64,000 bases of DNA from an uncultured Acidobacteriota bacterium (GTDB taxonomy: Bacteria > Acidobacteriota > Terriglobia > UBA7540): assembly GCA_963804995.1 (NCBI GenBank), contig CAWDSK010000006.1, positions 1,536,001 to 1,600,000 of the forward strand, given 5' to 3'. Under the pieces are notes generated by a model. The model was not told where the DNA came from. It was given only the letters and a program-made list of their open reading frames with translations, and made no database searches. Every line of letters starts with the position of its first letter. Position 1 is the first letter of the stretch. Positions 22,866 through 34,072 of the stretch are shown here, in pieces. A program made the translations under genes and the position numbers.

Positions 22866-23981
22866 ATGATTTCAGTCGTCATTCCGACGTACCACGAGGC
22901 GGCGGTAATCGAGGAGACCCTTCGCCGCGCGGCAGCAGCTTTACGCGCCGCATCCGTGGATTTCGAGCTGGTGGTCGTCGACGATTGCAGTATGGATGGA
23001 ACAGCAGGGTTGGCCCAATTGTTAGCCAAGGAAATGCCGGTGCAGGTGTTGATGCGCCCGGGGCGACTGGGGCTGGCCACGGCAGTGCTGGATGGGTGGA
23101 AGCTCGCGAGTGGCGACGTGTTAGGGGTCATGGACGCGGATCTCCAACACCCTCCGGAGGCGCTGACGGCGCTCGCGAAAGCAATTCAGCAGAAGGACGT
23201 GGACCTCGCCATCGGCAGTCGTTACGTGCCCGGCGGCGGCACTTCTGATTGGACCTGGGTGCGTCGCTTCATCTCCCGCACCGCGACGCACATGGCAGCG
23301 ACTGTGCTGCCGCTTAAGCTCTCGACGGTGGGCGACCCCATGTCGGGATTGTTCCTGGTTCGAAGGTCGGCTCTTAAGGATGCTTACCTGAATCCGTTAG
23401 GTTACAAGATTCTGTTGGAGGTAATCGCCAAAGCTCACTACCGGAAGCTGGTGGAAGTGCCTTATGTTTTCCAGGAACGTAAGCGGGGTGGCTCAAAGCT
23501 CGGCGCGCGCCAGTATTTGGAATATCTGCTCCACCTGGTCCGGCTGGCCGTGGGGACCGGGCAACTCATGGGCTGGATCCGCTACGGCACCGTGGCGCTG
23601 GTGGGTGCGTTGGTGGACGTTGGCCTGTTCATCAAGCTGGTTGAGCAAAAGGCCTGGCCGCCCGTGGGCGCTTTAGCCGTGGCAATTGAAGCGGCCTTGC
23701 TCAGCAATTTCTTTTGGAGTGAAGTCTTCACTTTTCGGTCGGCTGAAGCCTCCAAGTTTCGACGCGGAGTTTTGGGCCGCTTGCTGCGCTACGAAGGGAT
23801 CTGTATTCCCGGCGTGATCCTCAATATCCTCGTGACTCTCCTCTGGCTCTCGCAGGGTGGAGGATTGCTGACTGCTGCGACGGCGGGCGTTGTGGCGGGG
23901 GGTGTATTTAACTTTATAGTCAGTGTTCCCGCTATCTGGAGGACATGGGGAAGGCGACTTCCGGGGCGGCCGACCTCCTAG
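22866..23981 (+). CDS. polyprenol-phosphate glycosyltransferase (GT2, DPM1-like) fused to a GtrA flippase-like domain
   Basis: SVVIPTYHE, VDDCSMDGT, MDADLQHPP, DPMSG; C-terminal 4-TM GtrA-like region. Confidence 0.92.
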   Translation: MISVVIPTYHEAAVIEETLRRAAAALRAASVDFELVVVDDCSMDGTAGLAQLLAKEMPVQVLMRPGRLGLATAVLDGWKLASGDVLGVMDADLQHPPEALTALAKAIQQKDVDLAIGSRYVPGGGTSDWTWVRRFISRTATHMAATVLPLKLSTVGDPMSGLFLVRRSALKDAYLNPLGYKILLEVIAKAHYRKLVEVPYVFQERKRGGSKLGARQYLEYLLHLVRLAVGTGQLMGWIRYGTVALVGALVDVGLFIKLVEQKAWPPVGALAVAIEAALLSNFFWSEVFTFRSAEASKFRRGVLGRLLRYEGICIPGVILNILVTLLWLSQGGGLLTAATAGVVAGGVFNFIVSVPAIWRTWGRRLPGRPTS

Positions 23982-24023
23982 CGGGTTTGACCCGGAAGGC
24001 AGTTGAGTAGAACGGGCACAACA

Positions 24024-24785
24024 ATGACACACAAAAGCATACCGCTCAGCAGCATCAGGCTGTCTGTTGTGGTCACGGTGTTTTCAGAGACCTTCTCCAT
24101 TGACGAGACTCTGAACATTCTGCTCGGCCGCGATCGCAACTACATTAAGGAAATCATTCTGCTGATATCACCGCGCGCCTCGCAGGAAACCTTTGACATC
24201 TGCAACCGATGGGTTTCGAAAGAACCTCGTGTCAGGTTGGAGGTTCAGAAAAACAATCCGGGAATCGGCTGGGCGTACCGCGAAGGCATGCAGGCCGCCA
24301 CGGGGAATTACGTGGTGTTGATGGCCGGTGATCTGGAAACCGAACCCGCCGCCGTGGACCGTATGGTAGAAAAGATCGCGGAAACGGGCTGCGACGAAGT
24401 GATTGCCAATCGCTGGCTGCCGGGTGGCGGTTTTACCAACTACGACCCCTTGAAATACGTCCTCAATTGGATTTTCCAGAAGATCTTTAGGGTATTGTTC
24501 TGGACCCGCATTGGGGACTTCACTTTCGGATTTAAGATTCTCAGCAAAGAGCTCACCCAAGCCGTGGCCTGGGAGGGCACGCTGCACGAGATCTGTATCG
24601 AGACCACCTTGAAACCTCTTAAGAACGGCTACTATCTGGAACAGGTTCCTACTGTTTGGGTGGGCCGAAAAGAAGGCCGCAGCGTCAACCCCTTACTCCG
24701 AAATTTCCGCTACGTGAAGATGGGATTCAAGATTTTTCTGACGCCGGTCCGGGCTGCGAATCCGAAATCTGAGGAGAGGGCGTGA
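24024..24785 (+). CDS. GT2 glycosyltransferase
   Basis: NPGIGWAYREG, MAGDLETEP, DFTFGFK, EQVPTVW. Confidence 0.85.
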   Translation: MTHKSIPLSSIRLSVVVTVFSETFSIDETLNILLGRDRNYIKEIILLISPRASQETFDICNRWVSKEPRVRLEVQKNNPGIGWAYREGMQAATGNYVVLMAGDLETEPAAVDRMVEKIAETGCDEVIANRWLPGGGFTNYDPLKYVLNWIFQKIFRVLFWTRIGDFTFGFKILSKELTQAVAWEGTLHEICIETTLKPLKNGYYLEQVPTVWVGRKEGRSVNPLLRNFRYVKMGFKIFLTPVRAANPKSEERA

Positions 24786-24890
24786 AAGAAATTTGCCCCA
24801 TGGGGTTCACCAAAATTCATCAGCGGAACCCGACCTTGCCCCTCCCCGGTTGTCGCCCTATACTGTGGTGGCGGAAGCAGGCGAGCGGCA

Positions 24891-25493
24891 ATGAACATTT
24901 ACCGGGTTCTGGAGATACCCCTGGTCTATCAAATGGCCCAGGCCGTCTTGGCCCCCGGTATGGCCCGCATCGTTACCGAGCGTCTTTCCGGGACTTTTGC
25001 GCAGATACCGACCCCGGCGACAGTTCTCAACGTCGGATGCGGACCATCCTCCTGGCTTTGGAAGTTCGGCATGAAGCCGGTGGGGCTTGATCTCTGCCAT
25101 GCCTACACCAAGAAATTTCGCGACGCCGGCAACCTGTCCGTCACAGCTTCGGCCGCCATCTTGCCGTTTCCGGCTGATTCTTTTGACCTGGTGTTCAGTT
25201 ATGGCCTGCTTCATCATCTCCCGGACGCCATGGCACGCGAGACCATAGGGGAGATGGTCAGAACCACGCGGGCCGGTGGGCGCGTAGTCCTGTTTGACCC
25301 CGTGCTGCCCAAAGCGGCCTGGCGGCGTCCGCAGGCATGGGCGCTCTGCAAGCTCGATCGAGGCAGATTCATTCGATCTCAGGGCGATTACGAAACCTGC
25401 ATTTTGGGGGCAAGGGAATGGAAGACCATTCGGTTCACCCATTCCTACCTGGGCACAGAAGGTGTGCTGACCCTTCTGCAAAAGGGCCATTGA
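24891..25493 (+). CDS. class I SAM-dependent methyltransferase
   Basis: VLNVGCGP, LPFPADSFDLV, LHHL. Confidence 0.88.
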   Translation: MNIYRVLEIPLVYQMAQAVLAPGMARIVTERLSGTFAQIPTPATVLNVGCGPSSWLWKFGMKPVGLDLCHAYTKKFRDAGNLSVTASAAILPFPADSFDLVFSYGLLHHLPDAMARETIGEMVRTTRAGGRVVLFDPVLPKAAWRRPQAWALCKLDRGRFIRSQGDYETCILGAREWKTIRFTHSYLGTEGVLTLLQKGH

Positions 25494-25544
25494 GGACAAT
25501 ATTCAAGCGGCCAGCCCGGTAGTCAACTGGTCTGAGGGAGTGAG

Positions 25545-26492
25545 ATGAATCTTTTGGACGAGCGATTCTTCGTGACGGGGGCGACGGGGTTCGTGGGTGC
25601 GTCCCTGGTGCGGAAGCTAGCCGGAATGGGATGCGAAGTGCATGCGCTGGTGCGCGAAGGCGCGGACCTGTGGCGGCTGCGGGGCCTCGAGCAGAAAGTG
25701 CACTTGCACACGGGCGACCTGACCGGGGCCGAGCACCTGCGCGATTTGGTGTCGGCCATCCAGCCCAGCGTCGTCTACCATCTCGCCGTGCATGGAGCGT
25801 ATCCCGACCAGACCAACGCCGACCAGATCATCCTCACCGACATTTTCGGAACCTGGAACCTGCTGAAGGCCTGCGCCGAGGTGGACTACAAAGTGTTCGT
25901 GAACACAGGTAGCTCGTCCGAATACGGCGCTAAATTGCACGCCATGCGCGAGACCGACCTGCCGGAGCCCAACAGCTACTACGCCGTGGCGAAATGCGCG
26001 CAAACCCTGGTGTGCCAACACATGGCGAGGGCTGACCGGCGCCCCGTCAACACTTTCCGGTTATTCTCGGTCTACGGCCCGTATGAGGCCCCCTCGCGCC
26101 TGATTCCCACCGTCATCCGACGATGTCTGGAAGGGAAGGACCTGGAGATGGTCTCACCCGACACCGCGCGCGATTTCATCCATGTGGACGACGTTGTGGA
26201 AGCCTTCTTGCAACTCGGCCAGTTGAGCCTGCAATGCGGGGAGACCTTCAACATCGGGACCGGGGTACAATCGACCTTGCGGGATGTGGTGAAGGCGGTC
26301 GTGGGTGCGACCGGGGCCAAAGTCAAAGTGCATTGGGGAAGCATGCCAGCGCGAGTCTGGGATACGGAAACGTGGCTGGCAGATCCCAGCAAGGTGAGGC
26401 GAGTATTGAAGTGGGCGCCCAAGATCAGCCTGACCGAAGGAATCGAGAGGACCACGGAATGGTTTCGGCGCAACTTGGCCGGGGCGCAATGA
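25545..26492 (+). CDS. NAD-dependent epimerase/dehydratase/reductase
   Basis: TGATGFVG, SSSEYG, YAVAK, VYGP, RDFIHVDD. Confidence 0.94.
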   Translation: MNLLDERFFVTGATGFVGASLVRKLAGMGCEVHALVREGADLWRLRGLEQKVHLHTGDLTGAEHLRDLVSAIQPSVVYHLAVHGAYPDQTNADQIILTDIFGTWNLLKACAEVDYKVFVNTGSSSEYGAKLHAMRETDLPEPNSYYAVAKCAQTLVCQHMARADRRPVNTFRLFSVYGPYEAPSRLIPTVIRRCLEGKDLEMVSPDTARDFIHVDDVVEAFLQLGQLSLQCGETFNIGTGVQSTLRDVVKAVVGATGAKVKVHWGSMPARVWDTETWLADPSKVRRVLKWAPKISLTEGIERTTEWFRRNLAGAQ

Positions 26493-27389
26493 TTCACACG
26501 CAGTGCGCCATCTGCGAGAGCGACGCCTGGGACGCCGAATTGTATGGCGATCAGTTGGGGGAGGATGCGGCCACTTGTGAACGGTTTTCGGCGCAACGGC
26601 AGCCAGACAGGGTGCACTACCGCATGGTCCGTTGCCGGAAATGCGGGCTGATCCGCTCCGACCCGGTACTGCCGGAAGCAGAACTGGCGCGCTTATACCA
26701 AGGGAGCTCCTTCGACTATGCGGAGGAATCCGGGTGTGCAGGTCGCACTTATGCCCGGTATGTGCGGGATAGCTTGCCGCTGTTTAAGGGAAGAGGCAGG
26801 TTGTTGGAGATAGGCTGCGGGAACGGGTTCTTCCTCGAAAAGGCGCGTCGAGCTCGGGTTTGCCGAAGTGCAGGGGGTCGAGCCCAGTCGGCAGGCGGTC
26901 GAGGCAGCGCGCCCGGCAGTGCGAGACCGCATTAAAAACGACCTGTTTCAGGAAGGTTTGTACCCCCCGGGATGGTTCAGCTTGATTTGCGGGTTCCAGG
27001 TTTTGGATCACCTGACGCGACCGAACGAAGTACTGCGAGCCTGCCGGGTGATGTTGCAGCCCGGTGGAGTGGCGCTGTTCATCAACCATGACGCGGGAGC
27101 CTGGACAAACCGCATTCTGGGCGAACGCAGCCCGATCATCGATATCGAGCACACCTATCTGTACGACAAGAAGACCATGGCGGAGATCTTTCGCAAGAAC
27201 GGCTTTGAGGTCCTGCGGGTTTTTCCGGTGCGGAACGAATATCCGCTCGCGTACTGGTGTAAGATGGCGCCATTGCCGTCGTGGTTGAAAACTAGACTGC
27301 TGCCTGCCGTGAAGCGGTCCCCATGCGGGCAGTGGATCGTGCCGATGAGAGCGGGCAACTTGGGGATTTTGGCCCGGGCGGGAGGGTGA
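26489..27389 (+). CDS. Zn-binding class I SAM-dependent methyltransferase (frameshift near 26846)
   Basis: CAIC..CRKCG, LEIGCGNG in the first frame; GVEPS, FQVLDHL, EHTYLY in the second; ATGA coupling to the upstream gene. Confidence 0.85.
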
Positions 27390-27395
27390 GAGCGG

Positions 27396-28118
27396 GTGCG
27401 TCGTGAGAACGTGGAGGTATTCAATCGCGACGCGGCGGCTAATGCCGGCTACGGGTATACGACCGGCGAGCGGCTGAGCAGCCGGATGGCTACCCAGCGC
27501 TCGACGGATGTGGTCACGCAGACTGAGGAGTTCGCGGGCCGCCTGGTTCTGGATCTGGGTTGCGGCGACGGCTTCTATACGGCCCGGATTTGGGACATCG
27601 GGCGGCCGCGGGGCTTGGTGGCGCTCGACGCGGCGGTGGCGGCCGTGCGGGTAGCGGCAAGCAAATTGGGTGAGCGTCCAGTGCGGTTCCTGGCTGCGGA
27701 CGGCCATCGACTTCCTTTCCGGGACGATACGTTCGATGTGGTTTTGCTGCAGAGCATCCTGCATCACGACGACACGCCAGAGGATATGGTGAAGGAAGCG
27801 CTGCGGGTGGCTCCGCGGATGGTCGTGCACGAGCCGAACGGGAACAACCTGGGGTTGAAGGTCATCGAGCGGGTATCGAAGTATCACATCGAGCACGGGG
27901 AGAAATCATACACACCGCGGCGGGTGGGCAAGTGGGTCCGAGCCGCGGGAGGAGCCGTGGTGTCCTGCCGCTTCGCGGGCTTCGTGCCGATGTTCTGCCC
28001 GGACGTCCTGGCGCGGTTGACGAAATTTCTGGAGCCCTTGGTGGAGCGCCTGCCGCTGGTGAATGCGCTGGGGTGCGCGGTATACGTGATCGTGGTGGAG
28101 AGACATGGCCGGGGCTAA
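27396..28118 (+). CDS. class I SAM-dependent methyltransferase
   Basis: VLDLGCGDG, LPFRDDTFDVV, ILHH. Confidence 0.88.
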   Translation: MRRENVEVFNRDAAANAGYGYTTGERLSSRMATQRSTDVVTQTEEFAGRLVLDLGCGDGFYTARIWDIGRPRGLVALDAAVAAVRVAASKLGERPVRFLAADGHRLPFRDDTFDVVLLQSILHHDDTPEDMVKEALRVAPRMVVHEPNGNNLGLKVIERVSKYHIEHGEKSYTPRRVGKWVRAAGGAVVSCRFAGFVPMFCPDVLARLTKFLEPLVERLPLVNALGCAVYVIVVERHGRG

Positions 28119-28924
28119 CTCCGTCGAAGAGCGAGCGCGTGCCATCCGTGCGAGGATCGTCCGCATGGCGCACGCCGGCAGGACGCCGCACGTGGCTTCA
28201 GCCCTCTCCTGCGCCGATGTGCTGGCAGCCTTGTATTTCGAGGTGTTGCGCATTGATCCCGCGGCGCCGGAGGACGAGGGGCGCGACCGATTCATCCTCA
28301 GCAAAGGGCACGGGTGCATGGCTCTGTACGCGGCGCTCGCCGAGCGCGGGTTCTTTTCCGAGGAAGTGCTCGAACGAGTACGCGAGGGAGGGAGGGCGAC
28401 TGGCCGAGCATCCGACCCCACGCTGCGTGCCGGGCATGGAGGTGGCCACCGGCTCGCTGGGCCATGGGCTTTCGCTGGGAGCCGGTCTGGCGCTGGCGGC
28501 CAAGATCCGCCAGCAGAGCCACCGGGTTTTCGTGCTGCTGAGTGACGCCGAGTGCGCGGAGGGCAGCGTCTGGGAGGCCGCTCTTTTCGCCCACGCGCGC
28601 GGGCTGGACAATCTGATAGCGATTGTAGACTACAACCAATGGTCAGCGATGGGCCGGACGAGCCCTTACCTGGAGCCGCTGGTGGAGAAGTGGAAGTCCT
28701 TCGGGTGGTCGTCGGTGGAGATCGACGGGCACGACGCGGGGGTGATTGCTGCCACGCTCTCACGGGCGCCGTTCGAGCCTTCCCGGCCGGCCGCGGTGGT
28801 TGCGCATACCGTCAAGGGCAAGGGCGTATCGTTCATGGAGAACGATCTGGAATGGCATTATCGCCCGCCCAACGACAACGACCTGAAGCGCGCGCTCGAG
28901 GAAATCAAGGGGTCCCGGCCATGA
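28105..28924 (+). CDS. transketolase-like ThDP-binding N-terminal subunit (frameshift near 28374)
   Basis: DRFILSKGH; then EHP, TGSLGHG, SDAECAEGSVWEA, HTVKGKG, WHY. Confidence 0.9.
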
Positions 28925-29848
28925 GGGACGCGTTCATCCGCGGGATGATGACGCTGGCCGAGCAGGACCGGCGAGTCGTGCTGCTGACCGGCGACCTCGG
29001 CTTCAAACTTTTCGACAACTTCGCGGCGCGGTTTCGAGGACGTTTTTACAATGCCGGTGTGGCGGAAGCCAACATGATGGGCGTTGCCGGCGGGCTGGCC
29101 CTGGGCGGACTCAGGCCCTTCGCATACTCCATCGTGCCGTTCGCAACCTTGCGTTGCCTGGAACAGATTCGGAACGATATCTGCTATCAGGAGGCGGCGG
29201 TAACCGTGGTGGGCGTGGGCGGCGGGTACAGCTATGGCGCCAACGGCCCGACCCACCACTCCCTCGAAGATATTGCGGTTATGCGCTGCTTGCCGAACAT
29301 GACCGTGGTGTGTCCGGGCGATCCCGTGGAAGCGGAGTTGGCTACGCGGGCGGCGGGCGCGCACGCGGGTCCGCTTTATCTGCGGCTGGGGCGTGCGAGG
29401 GATGCCGTGGTGCATGGAAGTGTACCGCCGTTCTCAATCGGTCGGGCGATTGTGGTGCGGGAAGGCGGCGACTGCGTGCTGATTGCGACCGGCGGGATCC
29501 TGCCGGTGGCGGTGGCCGCGGCCGCGCAGTTGGCGGGTGAGGGCATCGGCTGCCGGGTGGTCAGCATGCACACGGTGAAGCCGCTCGATGAGGCTTTGCT
29601 CGAACCGGTGCGCGGCGGAATTCGGGGCCCTGTTCACGATCGAAGAACACGGCCTGATCGGCGGACTCGGCTCGGCGGTGGGAGAATGGCTGGCTGCGAG
29701 CGCCGTTCGCTGCCGGTTGCAGAGTTTCGGGGTGAGGGACGGGTTCGCGCACCTGTGCGGCAGCCAGGAGTATTTCCGCCGGATGCAGGGCCTCACCGCG
29801 GAACAGATTGCCGGGCGCATTCGCGAAGCGCTGAGGGAGCGGGTCTAG
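28921..29848 (+). CDS. transketolase-like C-terminal subunit (frameshift near 29604)
   Basis: GVAEANM, EQIRND, GPTHHSLED, YLRLG, TVKPLD; then IEEHGLIGGLGS. Confidence 0.9.
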
Positions 29849-30052
29849 TGTGGTGTCCCGCGTTAGAGTTGACAATGGGTAGAACCCCCTCACCCGTCTG
29901 GCATCGGCTGATGAGAACGCCTCGGCCAGCCACCCTCTCCCCCAAAGGGGCGAGGGCAAGAAAATTTACTCTCCCCTCGCCCCTTTGGGGGAGAGGGGCT
30001 GGGGGGTGAGGGGGTCCGACAGCCTTGTCAAATATTAACCGGGACACCACAC
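29848..30052. mobile_element. MITE-1, 205 bp, TA duplication
   Basis: TIR GTGTGGTGTCCCG/CGGGACACCACAC flanked by TA; family C palindromes inside; copies at 41733 and 44668. Confidence 0.9.
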
Positions 30053-30054
30053 TA

Positions 30055-31065
30055 GTGCTAACCGGGAAGGCGATTTCCGTCGTGGTGGCATGCTATCGCG
30101 ACGGGGGCAACGTCCGCGAAATGTACCGCCGGCTTACCGAAGTGCTGGCTCAGGTGACGTCGCGCTACGAAATCATTTTTGTGAATGACAACAGCCCCGA
30201 TAACGCGGAAGAACTGCTCGCGGAACTGGCGGCTCAAGACGCGCGCGTGACCGTGATCTCGCACAGCCGGAATTTTGGGTCGCAGATGGCCTTCACCAGC
30301 GGCATGCGGGCGACCGTGGGCGACGCGGTTATCTTGATGGACGGCGACCTGCAAGACCCTCCTGAGTTGATTCCCGCGTTGGTGCGCGAATGGCTGGCGG
30401 GCTACGACGTGGTTTACGGAGTGCGCGAGCGGCGGCGCGAAGGCCGCCTGATGCAGGCGACGCGGAAGATTTTCTATCGCATTTACCGGCGGCTCTCCTA
30501 CCTGGAGATGCCGCTGGACGCTGGCGACTTCTCCATCATGAGCCGGCGTGTGGTCGAGGCGTTGTTGTCGATGCCGGAGCGCGATCGCTTCCTGCGCGGG
30601 CTGCGGACCTGGGTGGGATTCCGCCAAACGGGTGTTCCCTATACGCGCGCCGAGCGCTTCGCCGGGCATTCCACCAACTCGCTTCTCAACAACATCCGGT
30701 GGGCGAAACGCGGGATTTTCTCGTTCTCCTACCAGCCGCTGGAGATGATTTCGATGCTGTCATTCCTGATGACGCTGGTGACCGCAGTGGGTATTGTAGT
30801 TTACATCGTGCTTTACTTCATCCTCCCCAGCGCCCCGCGTGGTTTCCTGACGCTGCTGGTGGCAATTCTGTTCCTGGGAAGCCTGCAGTTATTCTGCCTG
30901 AGTATTCTGGCGGAATACATGGGACGCATCTTTGAGGAAGTCAAGCAGCGCCCGGCCTTCATCGTGCGCAGTATCCTGAACGACCACCGGGAGGCGTCAG
31001 GAACGGCAGCCGCAAGCGGCCTCACGGCCGGCGTGAACCAGGGCAACGCACAACCGCCCCGCTAA
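30055..31065 (+). CDS. GtrB/ArnC-like polyprenol-phosphate glycosyltransferase (GT2)
   Basis: FVNDNSPD, SRNFGSQ, MDGDLQDPPE, GDFS, RFLRG, two TM helices, EYMGRIFEEVKQRP; GTG start at 30055. Confidence 0.94.
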   Translation: MLTGKAISVVVACYRDGGNVREMYRRLTEVLAQVTSRYEIIFVNDNSPDNAEELLAELAAQDARVTVISHSRNFGSQMAFTSGMRATVGDAVILMDGDLQDPPELIPALVREWLAGYDVVYGVRERRREGRLMQATRKIFYRIYRRLSYLEMPLDAGDFSIMSRRVVEALLSMPERDRFLRGLRTWVGFRQTGVPYTRAERFAGHSTNSLLNNIRWAKRGIFSFSYQPLEMISMLSFLMTLVTAVGIVVYIVLYFILPSAPRGFLTLLVAILFLGSLQLFCLSILAEYMGRIFEEVKQRPAFIVRSILNDHREASGTAAASGLTAGVNQGNAQPPR

Positions 31066-31106
31066 TTCATTCAGTCCCCATCGAAAAGCCTACAAATTAA
31101 TTATTT

Positions 31107-32844
31107 TCAAGGTACTGCTGGGGCGGGCGTGGTGGGCCGCTGGTCCGTCGCAACGGGATAGGGTGACAGCCTGGGAGGCGCTAGATCCGGTTCCGCAAGC
31201 CACACGCGCCGATCCGGGAAATAGCGGATTAACTCGGCGTTTTCGGCATCGTGCATTTCACGCCCCCAAACCACTTTGGATTTATCTATGTCCGCCCGGT
31301 TATAAACCCATTCATTGCTCGTATCATGGTACCGATTGTAACGGACAATAACGAGATGTTTTCCCGGCAATCCCTCTATTTCGGCCGCTGCCCTGGCACG
31401 GTCCAGGTTCTGGAAGTGCTCTGACTCCCAGTTATAGTGCCATTCGACGGGTGTAGGAATGTGCAGTTGAGGCGCGAAGGAACGCAGCAGGAGCATCAGG
31501 ACGCAGATGGCTGGTATGGCCCGTACCAACCCCAGCCCGACACGTTTTCCGCGCCAACTCCACAAGCGCAAGTGCCGCATGGTTTGGAGCAACAGCACAT
31601 AGATCGCAGCGGTCATGGGCGCCGCGTAATGCGGGGCGAAAGGGAAGGGCAGCGACAATCCGACGCAGGTAATACCGCAGACCGCCACCATAAAGCCCGT
31701 CTTGCCCACCAACGCTTTGCGAAGAAACTGTCGGGGATGGAAGGCCAACAACACGACAAAGGGCAGCGCCAGCACCGGCCCGAGGAAGAAACGGTAGAGG
31801 TCCGAGACCTTGCCCGCCAACACTTCCAAGGGGTGCTGGCGGGCGTGAAGGTAATCAAAGTACGACCAGTCATGTTTAAAGAATTTAGCCATCACCGGGT
31901 GGTTATAGTGGTGAGTGAGATTGAGAGGTTGCCAGGCGAAATGCGGCACCGCCTGATAGGTATTCATGTACACCACGTAGGGTGGAAGGAAGGGGTTGCC
32001 GGTGGTGCGCCAGTTGTAATAGGCCATCCATCCACCCGTTGCCGCCAGCAGAAGACCGAGCGGCAACACGATCCGCAGAAATGAATACGGGAGCGGTGGG
32101 CCCTTCTTTCCCAGCATCCAGGCGAAGAGTGCAAAAGCCACGGGCAAACACAAAAATACACTCTCGTAGGGACGGGTATTGGCCAAAATAGCCAGACCCC
32201 CGCCCATGATGAGGGCGTACTTCGTTTGCCGGTACCGCTTGAGCCGGGGCAGGCTGCCCAGAACCAAGGCCCCCCCGATTGCCGCCAGAGCGCCCAGGCA
32301 GTAAGAGTTTGCCCAATAGCTGAAAGTGCCAAGGCGTATAACGGCTAGCAACCCACCCAGCAGAGCCCAACCCGCCGGCAACCAGCCTTGCAACATCCAG
32401 CAAATCGCTGCGCACATCACGCCTGCGCAAAGCCACACACCCACATAGGGGTGCCCGAGCACCTGCCCCAACGCCAGAACCAGGCCCTGGGCAGGATAGA
32501 ACAACCCCCCATACGTGGGCTTTTGGTTAATGTGGAAGGTCTCAAAGTGCATCCACATCGGGTGAGTCGGATTCGCCAGGCGGCCGTGTGCGTACGTGTC
32601 ACCCATCAACAGGTAGGTAAACTCATCGTGGATGCCGGGTTGCGGAACTGGCAGGTTGGGCAGCACGGCGGCGCGAATTGCCAGACATAGAACGCCCACC
32701 ACGACAACCGAAAGGGCGCGCCTCCGTGCCAAGCGGCCAAATTGATTTTCCGTCGCTTGGAGCCACCCGGAGGGGAAGCTGGGGAGGAAATGCGAGTGCC
32801 AGGATCAATAACGCGACCAACCCATACTCGATGAAAAAGAACAT
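31107..32844 (-). CDS. multi-TM GT-C-like membrane protein (frameshift near 32790)
   Basis: HDEFTYLL..DT..GRLANPTHP, NTRPYE, many TM helices; MFFFIEYG start lies in another frame. Confidence 0.75.
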
Positions 32845-33316
32845 ACTTGTCGTGCCCAGACTTAAGCCACCCGGGGAAAAGTGCCTGCTTCTCCTTCCAA
32901 ATCTTCCCGAACGGCCACGTTGGGTTGACTCCCTCGAATTTAAGCTCTGACGGCAATCACGCCGCTAATAGGGAGCAGTTTAGCACGAAGTCTCAGCCGT
33001 CACCAATTTGCGCACCCACGCTGGTTCCCCCTGTGCCATGCGGCCGGCCGCGGGGCATTAAAGGCAGAGATTGAGTGTCCCGTCGCACCGCTCCGGGCAA
33101 GCACTTACCTGTGCGCAGGGCAAGTTGGTGCACGGCAAGATGGCTGTGTGCTGATGATTTCTGTGATAACATCCTGCAACTGCCTCCGGCCTCAGCATGT
33201 AGTTTGTACAGGACGCGAATTACGCGCCTGTCCTTCAGGCGCGCCGCCCGGTCGCAGGATTGCGGCCCTGCTGTCTCGAACGGGGGAGGCAAGCCAACCA
33301 CTGGAGAGGGGTACAA

Positions 33317-34072
33317 ATGGAACAGACGACGGAACCCACAGGACTGCGGGGAAAAACTGAAAACTCACGGATAATAACCATCCTCCTGGTTGCCCTCTAT
33401 CTGATGGTTGGAGTGTTGATCGGATGGACCGTTACCAGCGAGCTGAGGAAGCCCGCACCGTTTCCAATCGACCAGGTCGAAGCGTATGCAGGGTGGTACT
33501 ACCGGAATCAAAAAACCACTTTCGAAAACACCTATTGGCGTGGCGTCCGAATTGACAAGTGTCCCTTGGATGCCTGGGTCTACCAGGAATTGATTTACGA
33601 GATCAAGCCCGATGTGCTGGTCGAAACCGGAACCTTGTTTGGCGGCAGCGCCTACTTTTATGCCACCCTGTTTGACTTGCTGAACCACGGCAGGGTTATC
33701 ACTGTTGATATCCTTGAGCAACCCGGCAGGCCGCAGCATCCCAGAATTACATATCTGCTGGGATCTTCGACCTCCGAGGAAATCTTACAGCAGATCAAAC
33801 AGTCGATTCGGCCGGGCGAGAAAGTTATGGTCTCGCTCGACTCTGATCACCACAAGGCCCACGTGCTCAAGGAATTGGCGCTCTACCACGATCTGGTGAC
33901 GGTGGGGAGTTACCTGGTGGTCGAAGACACGCGGCCAGATCCGAACTACCCAGCCGCTTGGGATGCCTTGCGCGAGTTCCTGAGGACAAACTCCGATTTC
34001 GTTCCTGATAAGAGCCGCGAAAAGTTTGGCTTTACCGTGTTTCCAAATGGATGGCTCAAGCGAATACGGTAA
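33317..34072 (+). CDS. CmcI (cephalosporin hydroxylase-like) family methyltransferase
   Basis: KCPLDAWVYQELI, ETGTLFGGS, LDSDH..HVLKEL, YLVVEDT. Confidence 0.9.
   Translation: MEQTTEPTGLRGKTENSRIITILLVALYLMVGVLIGWTVTSELRKPAPFPIDQVEAYAGWYYRNQKTTFENTYWRGVRIDKCPLDAWVYQELIYEIKPDVLVETGTLFGGSAYFYATLFDLLNHGRVITVDILEQPGRPQHPRITYLLGSSTSEEILQQIKQSIRPGEKVMVSLDSDHHKAHVLKELALYHDLVTVGSYLVVEDTRPDPNYPAAWDALREFLRTNSDFVPDKSREKFGFTVFPNGWLKRIR

Noticed and set aside
26489..29848. Pseudogenisation or phase variation of the glycosylation operon
   Set aside because: Each gene has one isolated indel outside slippage tracts and no other decay; similar indels occur in unrelated genes, so sequencing error is more likely
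29895..29965. Hammerhead ribozyme in family C repeats (CTGATGA)
   Set aside because: CUGAUGA sits in a simple hairpin loop; I could not build stem II, GAAA and stem III around it. A covariance-model search would be decisive
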